Source: Savitreella phatthalungensis
Lineage: Eukaryota
NCBI GenBank assembly: GCA_051599415.1
Contig: AP039696.1
Span: 558,001 to 617,114, forward strand
Reading direction: 5' to 3'
Length of the DNA: 59,114 bases
Shown: in pieces, positions 41,081 to 51,069 of the stretch
How positions within the stretch are numbered: position 1 is the stretch's first letter
How the letters are laid out: each line of letters starts with the position of its first letter
Program-made: the position numbers and the translations under genes
The notes under the pieces: generated by a model
What the model saw: only the letters and a program-made list of their open reading frames with translations
Databases searched by the model: none
Told to the model about the DNA's origin: nothing

Positions 41081-42295
41081 CACGCCATGATCCACCCTGG
41101 ACCCAGCTGTGCAGCACTTATCAAGCACGCTGATCGAGAATTATAGGCACGCGGTATTTCGAGACATGCAATCGTCAACCGAATAGCCGGGATGAAGTCC
41201 ATCCTAAATTAGGTGCGTAATTGCTGCATTCAGACTTTGAGGTATTTTGTGATTCGTTTCAAAGCCGCGGCGCACAGTGGCGGCCCCATGCAGCACAGAC
41301 ACTATGCGCACTTCAGTGGCCGGCCGTGGAGCCTGCATGCTCGCTCAACACGCATTGATGCACAATTGATGATTGATCAGAGCCACGCGCCGCGATTGTT
41401 GGTGCACGTCCTGTCAGGTTGAGAACAGTCCACGCAATTGACTTCACAGCAATCGTATTCCGCAACTTCGACTGCATTCACCTTGGATGGACGGTCGTTA
41501 CGAGAGCGATTTTGGAAGAGCTCTTTGCGTCGACGAAATATGTGGACATCTGTGGACATCATTTGGATTTTTACCTCGTCTTTGTATACCTATAAAAAAT
41601 TTGCTCAATGCCGCTTTTGAGAGGTCTGATGCAATGAACGCAGGAAGCGGGTGGTGTGGCGACGTTTGAACATGAAGAGCAGGGACTGGACCTTATCATT
41701 TCGTGGAGGAAGAGAGATTCGGGCTCACCAGACATAGAAACACGATCCGCGCCTGTGGCACGCGTACTTGACTCGCCGGCACATGCATGCTCACATGCGG
41801 CGCTCTGACATGCGGTTGAACGATCGGACATCTCAGGCTCCATTCTCGATGAACTACATATTGCAGACTACATATGTTAGATCTCGACAGCGCTGTGGTG
41901 TGCTGCCACATCTTCGGATCTCGCTCCTGGATTATGCATATCGAGGTGTAATTCAGCTTTGGACATCAATGCGGATCGCACATGATTTGGATTGGTTGAG
42001 CTTGTTTGAGAATTGCAGGTCAAGGCTGCTGACCAATCGTTCATCGATCCGCTCGGGTATCTTAGCCTGCCCGCATCAGTAGCGTATTTAGATTACTTTG
42101 ACTTTCGAATGCTGAGCTCGGCTTTTCCCGTTCAATTCTGACCATTCATATTAGGAAGCGATGAGCGAGGGATACACATTTTGCTCACAAATCCTCCAAC
42201 ACCCAGTATGCGAGGAAGACACGACTTGTATCCCTATAAGTAACAAAGCTCTCTTCCTCCCACTGTGCAAATCATTCTCTTTGATATCCGGCAAG

Positions 42296-43969
42296 ATGTC
42301 GCCGAGCAGCGACAAGATCACTTCACCTGAAATGCCTGTGGCCGCTCCCACTTCCTCAAGCAGCGGTTCCGTAACCGATGTCGAGAAGGACGCTGGCGCT
42401 GAGCCGCAGAAGGAGATGGAGGTCCATGTTGTACCGAAGAACAACTTGCCAGTCATCACTGTCGGTCTTGTTCTCTGCGTATTTCTCTGTGCGCTCGACC
42501 AAACGATCGTCGCCGTCGCTCTGCCCACAATCGCACAGGAGCTTGGGGCTGACCAGTCTGAATACTCCTGGGTCGGGTCATCATATCTCATCGCTTCAGC
42601 CTCTCTAATCCCTCTTTGGGGTCGCTTGAGCGACCTCATTGGCCGGAAGGGCATTCTCCTCGGCGCTGTGATTACTTTCCTGATCGGCTCGGCACTGTGC
42701 GGCGCCTCGCAATCTATCGATATGCTCATAATTTGCCGTGCGCTGCAAGGCCTCGGTGGCGGTGGCGTTTTCTCCATGGTTCAGGTTACCATATCAGACA
42801 TCGTGCCTCTTCACCAGCGTGGCAAATATGGCGGTTTCCTCGGCATGACATGGGGAATTGCCTCCGTGCTCGGACCACTCATCGGTGGAGCATTTACACA
42901 ACACGTAAGCTGGCGTTGGTGCTTTTTCATCAACTTGCCCACGGGCGTCCCCGCTGTCTTGCTGATTTGGTATTTCCTCAACCTCAACAAGGTCGAGCGC
43001 AAATCATGGCACTCGATTGTCGTGCACTTTGATTGGATCGGCCTGATCTCTTTGGTCGGCGCGGTCATCCTTTTCCTCGCAGGTCTCAACAACGCGACGA
43101 CCTCGTATGGCTGGATTTCCGCAGCCTCACTCGGTCTCCTGCTAATCTCCGGTCTCCTGCTGGTCATCTGCATCGTCAACGAGTTCAACACCAAACGCCA
43201 GCCCATCCTGCCGCCGCTTCTGTTCAAAAGCCGTACTCCTGCCGCTGTCCTGGCTATCACATTTTTGCATGCAATGGCGTTCTTCGCCGGCGCCTTCTAC
43301 GTGCCGGTCATGTTCACTGTCTTGCGTGGCAGTTCGGCAACACTGGCTGGTATCGAGTCAATTCCCTTCTCTATCGGTGGCGCTTTGACTGCCATCGTCG
43401 CTGGTCTTGCCATCAACAAGACCGGACGATACAAGCCGGTGATGCTTATCGGCTTTGCCGTCATGGTACTCGGATTCGCCCTCATGGCCTCGATCAACGA
43501 GCACTCAAATATGGCGCAACTGATCCTCTATTCGCTCATCGCCTCACTCGGTGTCGGCGTCGGATTCCCCTCGCCCTTGCTTGCGATCCAAGCATCCATG
43601 CCAATGAAAGACATGGCCGTGTCGACCTCCGCGATGGTATTGACACGCTCGATGGGTGCCGCAGTCGCGGTCACTGTGGCAGGTACCATCTACGCCAACC
43701 AGCTCGAGCGCTACCTGCCAAAAGGCTATCACTACATGGGACAGCCACGCGATATCATCCACATGGCTGAGCCACTTCGTTCGGAGCTGCTGCACGCATA
43801 CGCAAAATCGCTTTCCACTATTTGGATCGTCATCGCTCCCATCGCATTCTGCGTCTGGCTGCTGACGTGGTTGTTGCGAGAGTATTCGCTGCAGCGTAAG
43901 ATTGTCAGCGCCAAGAAGGCAGGCGACAAAACAGTCGAGGTGGCAGTCGAGCAGCGCGTCGAGGAGTGA
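42296..43969 (+). CDS. MFS drug:H+ antiporter, DHA2 (14-TMS) family
   Basis: [17 protein letters not shown], motif [41 protein letters not shown]. An upstream in-frame ATG at 42161 is also possible. Confidence 0.93.
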   Translation: MSPSSDKITSPEMPVAAPTSSSSGSVTDVEKDAGAEPQKEMEVHVVPKNNLPVITVGLVLCVFLCALDQTIVAVALPTIAQELGADQSEYSWVGSSYLIASASLIPLWGRLSDLIGRKGILLGAVITFLIGSALCGASQSIDMLIICRALQGLGGGGVFSMVQVTISDIVPLHQRGKYGGFLGMTWGIASVLGPLIGGAFTQHVSWRWCFFINLPTGVPAVLLIWYFLNLNKVERKSWHSIVVHFDWIGLISLVGAVILFLAGLNNATTSYGWISAASLGLLLISGLLLVICIVNEFNTKRQPILPPLLFKSRTPAAVLAITFLHAMAFFAGAFYVPVMFTVLRGSSATLAGIESIPFSIGGALTAIVAGLAINKTGRYKPVMLIGFAVMVLGFALMASINEHSNMAQLILYSLIASLGVGVGFPSPLLAIQASMPMKDMAVSTSAMVLTRSMGAAVAVTVAGTIYANQLERYLPKGYHYMGQPRDIIHMAEPLRSELLHAYAKSLSTIWIVIAPIAFCVWLLTWLLREYSLQRKIVSAKKAGDKTVEVAVEQRVEE

Positions 43970-44018
43970 ATCATAGAATAAGAATTCTGTACGAGCTATG
44001 ATATAAGGTATGATATAA

Positions 44019-44414
44019 TCAATTGCGCTGCCCTGGCAAGCGTTTCTTGACAGCTACGGACGTCTCCTTTGTTGCAGAAGTGATCGTGGCTGTCGGGGCA
44101 TCATCCCCTATGTATTCAACTGGCCCGTGCGCTCGCGGCTCATCTTGGTACTTTTCGTCGTCATTGTCTGACGAAGCAGAAATCCCTCGTCCGAGCTCAT
44201 TGCCAATTCTCGTGGCATCCAACGGAGCTCTGCCTTTTATCTGCCTCGATTTCAGGGCAGCGTCGAAAGGACCTTCGTGGTGGTAGCCGGCATCCACCGA
44301 ATCATCCAATTTATCAATTGCATCGCGAGTAATGGCGCGTCGCGCCCGCGACGTCTTGCGCTGCAGACTGACTTGGTGTTTTGCGTGCTGCAAAGGCGAT
44401 TCCGGAGATGACAT
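44019..44414 (-). CDS. Small Pal1-family protein
   Basis: DAIDKLDDS...YHHEGPFDAAL.SR matches the Pal1 core motif D.IDKLD...HHDGPFDA. Confidence 0.7.
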   Translation of the reverse strand: MSSPESPLQHAKHQVSLQRKTSRARRAITRDAIDKLDDSVDAGYHHEGPFDAALKSRQIKGRAPLDATRIGNELGRGISASSDNDDEKYQDEPRAHGPVEYIGDDAPTATITSATKETSVAVKKRLPGQRN

Positions 44415-44574
44415 GACTTGCGCTTCGCTGGGTGTGAGAAGATGCGCTTGACCATTAATTGTCCTCAGTCTCGAGACATTCTTTTTGGTAGAATGACGTA
44501 TGACGATCGATTTCACAATGATCGATATCTAAATGTTATAAATACAGACGAACATCTGGAGTGATAAGCTAGAT

Positions 44575-46131
44575 CTATTCCATACGGGCACCTGTGTGGA
44601 GGTCCATCAGTTCAGGCCTGACGCGCTGCGTGCGCTTGAAGACCTTCCAGAAGCCGATGTTAAACAGGAAGAATGGAATTCCGACGTAGGATGTCATGAA
44701 CTTGGATATATTCCAGGTCGGCAAGAAGGCATTCCAGCCGTTGAAGAGGATAACGAGAATTGTGATGAGCAGAGCCGGCCACGTGGCATACGGCAGAAGC
44801 GGATTCGAGTACGGCATTTGCGAACGCGGAATGCCCTGTGCCTTCATGCCTGCCGTCATGCTAATGTGGCAAACGAGGACGTTGACCCAGTTGAGCGCAC
44901 CAAAGACAGTGACGAGCGAAACAAAGTAGCCGAACACGGTGGAAGACGACTTCTTGGCGTTGAGGAATCCGAGGACGATGAAGAGCGAGGAGAGGCCGAC
45001 GGCATAGTATGGCACGCCCTGACGATTCGTCTTGGCAAAGATTGATGGTGCCTGACCGTCTTTGGCGAGCGCCCAGAGGGTGCGCGACGCGAGATAGATG
45101 TCGGAGTTGGCAGCTGACAGAGTAAAGACCATAAGAAGACCATTGACTGCATCACCAAGGTGACGCAGGCCGGAATTGTTGGCTGCAATGACGAATGGAG
45201 AAGTCGCACCGGACGTCTTGCCGGAAGACACCGCATCCAGCAGCTTCTTGTCTTTCGAGCTGACTGCCATGCCGAGGACAAGCACGCCAGCCATGTAGAA
45301 GAACACGATACGCAGGAGGGTCTGACGGACGGCCTTTGGCACGTTGCGGCGTGGATCAGGCGTCTCGCCGAAGGCAACTCCCACGAGTTCGGTGCCAAGG
45401 TAAGCGAACGTGGCCTGAACGATTGACGCCCAGACTCCGAGGAAACGAGCGGTGCTCTTGTCATGGATGGGCTTCTGGTAGAGGTACGGGTTGAATGCTC
45501 CTGGGTCGCGCCAGAAGCGGAAGCCCGTGCGATTGTGGTTCGGCCCACCTCCAAGTGCGACAACAAGACAGAGGAAGATGAGCATGACAATGACAAGCGC
45601 CTTGACCAGCGACATCCAGAACTCTGCTTCACCAAAGAAGCGGACGTGGATGAGGTTGAGGGCGATGATAAGGACGCCAAAGACAATGATCCAGACGGAG
45701 ACGTTGACGTGCGGCAGCCAGTATTGGAGCAAAATACCTGTAGCGGTGAGGTTATTGGGAGTAACGATCACATACTTTGCCCAATAGTTCCAGCCAGCCG
45801 CGTAACCAAGAGCCGGGTCAACGAAGCGAGTTGCGTATCCGCTGAAAGCCTTCTTGTGCGGAATCCATGCACCCATCTCACCTAGAGCGACCATGACCAC
45901 ATAGACCACAAAACCCATCAGCGAGTAGGCGATCAGGAGAGAACCCGGACCGCCACGTGACAAGGCAGATCCACTGCCGATGATCAGACCTGTGCCGATT
46001 GCACCGGCGATGGCCATCATGTTCAGCTGACGAGGCTTCATGCCGCGATGAAGGTCATCGCCGCCGTCGTGCAGTGGCTCAACCGAGACCGCTGCTTCCT
46101 TGTCCATCGAATTGTGCTTATCGAACGACAT
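44575..46131 (-). CDS. Amino acid permease, YAT family (Dip5-like)
   Basis: LHRGMKPRQLNMMAIAGAIGTGL, FFGEAEFW, GFRFWRDPGAF, FAYLGTELVG, SAANSDIYLASRTL. Confidence 0.95.
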   Translation of the reverse strand: MSFDKHNSMDKEAAVSVEPLHDGGDDLHRGMKPRQLNMMAIAGAIGTGLIIGSGSALSRGGPGSLLIAYSLMGFVVYVVMVALGEMGAWIPHKKAFSGYATRFVDPALGYAAGWNYWAKYVIVTPNNLTATGILLQYWLPHVNVSVWIIVFGVLIIALNLIHVRFFGEAEFWMSLVKALVIVMLIFLCLVVALGGGPNHNRTGFRFWRDPGAFNPYLYQKPIHDKSTARFLGVWASIVQATFAYLGTELVGVAFGETPDPRRNVPKAVRQTLLRIVFFYMAGVLVLGMAVSSKDKKLLDAVSSGKTSGATSPFVIAANNSGLRHLGDAVNGLLMVFTLSAANSDIYLASRTLWALAKDGQAPSIFAKTNRQGVPYYAVGLSSLFIVLGFLNAKKSSSTVFGYFVSLVTVFGALNWVNVLVCHISMTAGMKAQGIPRSQMPYSNPLLPYATWPALLITILVILFNGWNAFLPTWNISKFMTSYVGIPFFLFNIGFWKVFKRTQRVRPELMDLHTGARME

Positions 46132-46936
46132 CCTTGATTTTGGCTGAAGTCTGGATTGTACGGCTGGAAACCACAGGGCGTCGGCGCGAGAGCTTTATAA
46201 TACTGCAGGAGGGCCGTCTATCGGATGGCAATCCTGTCGATGGACTGACCTGGTCTGATCACGCGTATCAGCTCACCTGTGCCTCCCACGCGAATGGCTT
46301 GAATGGGACTGTAAATGAAATCTCAATCTCCGGTGGCTGAGGTCAAGGGAAGTCAGCCCTGGAAATTTACACAGTTCTTGATATGTGCTAATCGGTTGAA
46401 CTCCCCGAAGGCTGCAGATTGGCTGTCAAATGCGAAATATTAGTCCCGTCAACCTTATCTGCTCGTGTGCTCGCATAGGTTCCACCGGCCTACACGAGAT
46501 ACTGATAAAACTTGGCAGCGAGTATAGCTAACGCTGGTCAGATCCCGCAAAACACCTCCGCCGCCAGCAGCTTTAGGAACAAGTGATACTGTTGCGCAAT
46601 CCTGAAATTTTAGGGGATTGCTATCGCGGCCGACTTTTTTAAGTTGCATCAAGAAACACCTGGACGTAAACTCATACTCTACGCCTCAACGTGGCTAGTG
46701 TCGGATTTGTCGTAAACGATTTTATAGAATGAAACCAAACTCTCGGGTTCCCCAGTTTTCGAGTTCCATCATCCAGCGGCTCGGCGCCAGCCAGGCAATC
46801 ATTTCCTCAAATCTCGATCGGCAGCCGCGGATGAGGAGAAAGCCGCGGCGAGACAAAGAGGGCGACGAACGGAGAAAGCTTGAGAGGAACAGAGAGCGTC
46901 AGAGATATAGAGCTAGAGACTTGCGGTCGGCACTTG

Positions 46937-48718
46937 ATGGAGACAAAGCCAAACAAGGCGCGCATCTCGCGTGCATGCGAAAGCTGTCGCGTACGCAAAA
47001 TCCGCTGCGACGGCGAGTCTCCTTGTTCTGCCTGCAGGACTGCAAATCTGGTATGCAAATTGCGGCAAACAGATCTGCGCGGACGAAAGCGCAAGACCGA
47101 GGAAGATCCGATTGTTCGGCGGCAGACGCAATCAAGCGGACTTCAGCACGATCCTCGACAGGCTCTGCCATATCAGGTACAACCGCCTCCACAACACGCA
47201 TACCTCACGCACAACCAGCAGCATCCGCATTTAAATGGACATGCACAACATGGTCACTCTCCACAGAATTATCAGGATGACGATAGACCGACAAAACCCA
47301 GCGAGATCGTTTTTGCTGATGCCGTGCGTGGGGATGACAGAATCATCGCGGCGGCGTCGTTCAAATCTACGTTGATCCAGCTCGCCCGACCTTGTAGCCG
47401 ACTCCTTGGCAACGACTTGCTGGAGCAGACTTGCCGTATGGCTGCTGGACACTTCGCAAGCACAGACCATCACGCTCTCTCGAGTCTGTTCACCTGGGAA
47501 TCGATGACAGATCCTCAGGTGGGCGATCTTGACCTGTCGCAATGCATCGCGGCCTTCCGTCACGAATTTTTGCCATATGCGCCTGTGTTGGATGATGAGG
47601 ATTTGATGCGACTGCGCCCAGCTTGCGAGGCCGTGATCGCTGGCAAATCAGTCGACGATGTCGGAGACCACTGCCAGGCCCTGATGGTTTTAGCCTTCGG
47701 TGCACATCTTCTGGACGGCAGTCTGCCTGGATCGCGCGACACTGCGGGTTACCAGCTCTTCGCAAAAGCCAAATCATTGGTGACGCTCCTGCTGGGTAGC
47801 ACAGTCGGCATGCAATTCCTTCAGAGTGCGCTGTTGATATCCATATACCTGGAGCGATCTCACCTCATGACGCCTGCATGGATGCTCATTGCCATCATTT
47901 CGCGCGCGCTCCAGGTCAGCGGGTATCATCGGTCGGAGTCTTCCTCCGCCATGCCATTGGGCCTGCCGCCGAGGTCAGTCGCCCGAAGGCGAGATCTCTT
48001 CTGGTGCCTGTTTCATCACGAGGAAACGCTTTCCTGGTACGTCGGTACAACTGTGACCAATTCGCCAGGCTCATTCGACCAAGACCTACCTCCTTTAGAC
48101 GGGCGATTCGGCCTGCTAGTCCGAATGTCGCTAATCGCCAATCGAGTGTTCACACAGCTTTGGTACCCACAGAGCCGCAAGCAGGGGAGCTCGCGCGATG
48201 CCATTCACAAGTTTCTTCATGAACTCGATTCTCTTGTAGCCTCTATGCCGGGATGTCTGAGTGACACGGCGATCCAGTCGAAATATCATCAACTCGCCCT
48301 TCTCATCTGTAGAGGCGGTCTGGTCCACGAGTCGCAGCCCACGCCGCCATACGTCCGCTGGAAGGGCATGGACCAGGCATGGCGTCGAGATCTGTACGCC
48401 TGCGCGAAGAAGCATGCCCGTGCAGGCATAGAGGCTTCTCCGATCTGCGCCGATGTCCCAAGCTTCAGGACACTGGTGGCCACTGGCTACGACTTTGGTC
48501 AAGTCGAGCATGCCTGGGTCTTCTTCTTCGCCAGCATCATCATCGATGTGTGCAGCGGCGAGTACACCTCCAGCAACGATGATCAGCACTTGTTAATATC
48601 TACAATTCGCAACACCGTCGGCTCGCCAGGGGTACGTGCCTCTCCCATGCACAACATCGCCCTCGGCTTCTTCCTCAGGTGCGCGGAGATCTCAGACACA
48701 GCCGTCAGGCTGAGGTGA
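46937..48718 (+). CDS. Zn(II)2Cys6 transcription factor with fungal-specific TF domain
   Basis: RISRACESCRVRKIRCDGESPCSACRTANLVC; middle region AWMLIAIISRALQVSGYHR...RRRDLFWCLF. Confidence 0.93.
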   Translation: METKPNKARISRACESCRVRKIRCDGESPCSACRTANLVCKLRQTDLRGRKRKTEEDPIVRRQTQSSGLQHDPRQALPYQVQPPPQHAYLTHNQQHPHLNGHAQHGHSPQNYQDDDRPTKPSEIVFADAVRGDDRIIAAASFKSTLIQLARPCSRLLGNDLLEQTCRMAAGHFASTDHHALSSLFTWESMTDPQVGDLDLSQCIAAFRHEFLPYAPVLDDEDLMRLRPACEAVIAGKSVDDVGDHCQALMVLAFGAHLLDGSLPGSRDTAGYQLFAKAKSLVTLLLGSTVGMQFLQSALLISIYLERSHLMTPAWMLIAIISRALQVSGYHRSESSSAMPLGLPPRSVARRRDLFWCLFHHEETLSWYVGTTVTNSPGSFDQDLPPLDGRFGLLVRMSLIANRVFTQLWYPQSRKQGSSRDAIHKFLHELDSLVASMPGCLSDTAIQSKYHQLALLICRGGLVHESQPTPPYVRWKGMDQAWRRDLYACAKKHARAGIEASPICADVPSFRTLVATGYDFGQVEHAWVFFFASIIIDVCSGEYTSSNDDQHLLISTIRNTVGSPGVRASPMHNIALGFFLRCAEISDTAVRLR

Positions 48719-48881
48719 GCGTTTTGGTTCGCTGTCATTCAAATATGCATTACTAGTCAAGATAGCATTCGTAAAGATCCTGTCCAGGTGAGTTCGCAAG
48801 GGAAATCCGGGTGAACACCTGCGCCAATGTCGTCGTCATCATTATCGCTATCACCGTTAACGGCTCCCTGTCGTGCGCTGT

Positions 48882-49400
48882 CTAAATCGGCAAAGTCATC
48901 TGCGACATATCCGCGCTGCCCACGACAGCCTTGAACTCGTCGTACGATATTCGCCCGTCGCCATCACGGTCACCCTCCATGATAGTCTTGTCAACGATTT
49001 GCTGAAGCTGGACATCCCGCAGGTTGTTGCCGACCATCATCTTTAGCACCAAGAAGAGCTCACCATTCGATATATACCCGTCTCGATCGATGTCGTAGAT
49101 CTTGAACGCGAACCTCAATTTCTCGTCATTGCCGCCTTTAGTACTGAAGGTGCTCAAGGCTTCGATGAACTCGCGAAAGTCCACATCGCCGCCTGCGTCC
49201 TGATCAATCACCGCGAACAACCGATTCGCGAGCGGATTCGACGCGACCTGCGGCAGTGCGAGGAACTCATTGCGGTTGATCGTGCCGTTGCCATTCTGAT
49301 CCAGCTTGAGGAACCGGCGACGCACACGTTCGATCTCCTCAGGAGACAGATGCGTCGAATTTGAGAGCTCTTCAATCAGCGATGAGCTTGAATTGCCCAT
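48882..49400 (-). CDS. CNB1: Calcineurin regulatory subunit B
   Basis: Myristoylation-type MGNSSS, four EF-hands, [51 protein letters not shown]. Confidence 0.97.
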   Translation of the reverse strand: MGNSSSSLIEELSNSTHLSPEEIERVRRRFLKLDQNGNGTINRNEFLALPQVASNPLANRLFAVIDQDAGGDVDFREFIEALSTFSTKGGNDEKLRFAFKIYDIDRDGYISNGELFLVLKMMVGNNLRDVQLQQIVDKTIMEGDRDGDGRISYDEFKAVVGSADMSQMTLPI

Positions 49401-49558
49401 TGCGAGCGTTCGTTGTCAGACAACACTTCTCTAAGCGACCGACAGAACACGCGCGCTTGAATGAAAGGGTTCGAGCACCGGCTGCTATACGCCCGTCCTC
49501 TGTGACGTTTTCGCGGGGTCGGTCGAACATCCAGAAGATTGACAAAAAAAAGGACAGC

Positions 49559-49566
49559 AAAAAAAA
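49559..49566 (-). terminator. RNA polymerase III T-tract terminator of the tRNA
   Basis: T8 one base after the discriminator; a second T8 at 49544-49551. Confidence 0.85.
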
Positions 49567-49567
49567 T

Positions 49568-49662
49568 CGATTCCGGCATGACTCGAACACGCAATCTCCC
49601 GATTTCGAACGCTTCTGAAAGCGTCTCGTAGTCGGACGCCTTGACCATTGGGCCACGGAACC
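49568..49662 (-). tRNA. tRNA-Arg(ACG) with 22-nt intron (49604-49625)
   Basis: Minus strand folds as GGTTCCG TG GCCCAATGGTCAAGGC G TCCGA CT-ACG-A [GACGCTTTCAGAAGCGTTCGAA] A TCGGG AGATT GCGTG TTCGAGT CATGC CGGAATC G. Acceptor, anticodon and T stems pair, and the intron is at the canonical 37/38 position. Confidence 0.95.
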
Positions 49663-49799
49663 AGAAATGGGATACTGCGTCACAGCGCAGGTGGCCGTCG
49701 AAGTCGGGCATAACCCAATATATAAACCACAAGATTTGGAATCATGACCACGACTCCTTCCATATGCTAACTGCCGCCACATGCCCAGGCAGTACGGGT

Positions 49800-50990
49800 C
49801 TTCCACTGCAGACAACAGTCAATAGCGCAGGGACAGTGTAATAGCGGTAGCGATGATCACAACCAATGAGAAGTGGACTAAGCAGCAGAGTGAGGCAGGA
49901 AAGCAGCACAGACAAGCAGGATAGCAATGGCACAGACAGCATGCAATATGTGACAGGGAATAGTACGCGTGGCAATGCACATAGGCATTAGAAGCAAGTG
50001 ACAGTGGATAGGAATCAATTGTGGAGAATAGCACAGCACAAGCAGCAGTTTTGACAAGCGTCAGTGAAGGAAACAATGCATGGCATGTGACATTGCAGTT
50101 AATTGATGTTGCACAATAGGCGCCATTGCCGATTACAGGCAGAGGAATGAGAATGCAGGCAACAAGGTGGGATCAGGGCCAAGCAGGTGGGGTTCATGAC
50201 GAGCAGAGGCAGAGTCAATGGCAGGGGCCAAGTGACAAGTGACAGTGCAGCAAAGACAGTCAAAGGAATGAGAATGCAGGCAACAGAGTAGGGTCAGAGC
50301 CAAGCAAGCGGTGTTTGTGACAAGCAGAGACATAGTCAGCAAGGGCCAGGTGTTCAAATGACAAGTGACAGTGCAGGAATGACATATCAAGTGAAGTTGC
50401 AGTGTTCAACAGATGACAGTGATGGAACAGGGTATAGTGCAGGCAACAAGTGTGCGACAGAAAACAGGAGATGACAGATGAACAGCAATTGGCAGATCCA
50501 GGGTTTGACAAATGCCAGCGCCCAAAGCAGGGCAATGAGGCAAGAAGGAGCACAGGTGACGGTATTTGAGAGATGATGACACAAGTGACAGTGCAGATAA
50601 CACCGGGTGACAGATGATTGTGCAAGCAACAGCACACGGCAGACAACGGTGCAGATAACAGGATTTGAAGGAGACCAGGCAGGTAACAACATTTGACAGG
50701 GACAGGGCAGGTGACAGCATGTGAGGGTTACAGGGTGTGTAATGGCAGTTGAGAGATGGCAGTGCAGGTGTTGGGATTGATGAGTGATTTTGACAGTTGA
50801 TGGCATTTGGTAGGTGATGGCATTTGCCAGGCGGCAGGGCGGTTTTAGGGATTGGACAAGTGGCAGTTCAGGTAACAGCATTTGAGAGGCGACATGCAGG
50901 TAACAGCATGTGACAGGTGACATGCAAATAACAGTATTTGGCAGGTGACATGCAGATAACGGCATTTGGCATTTGGCAGGTGACTAGATA
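49800..50990. repeat. Degenerate, purine-skewed, CpG-depleted subtelomeric repeat tract
   Basis: Recurring GCAGGTGACA / GACAAGTGACAGTGCAG / ATTTGGCA motifs; ~120-bp direct duplication (about 50143-50250 vs 50265-50377); very few CG and many CA/TG. Confidence 0.75.
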
Positions 50991-51069
50991 TATTCCTCGC
51001 GTTTGACCCCGTTGGTTTGACCTGGGTTAGATAGGGGCAATTTTTTCGCTTGACGAACGGCGCAATGCA

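Noticed and set aside
44856..45686. Long alternative-frame ORFs in the permease and in the MFS gene (43033-43770)
   Set aside because: Ser/Arg-rich shadow frames expected from strong C-ending codon bias; they lead into no separate domain, unlike the cyclophilin case.
48795..48830. GGGAAATCCGGGTGAACAC resembling an RNase P RNA conserved region
   Set aside because: Only ~160 bp between convergent stops and no matching downstream conserved region found.
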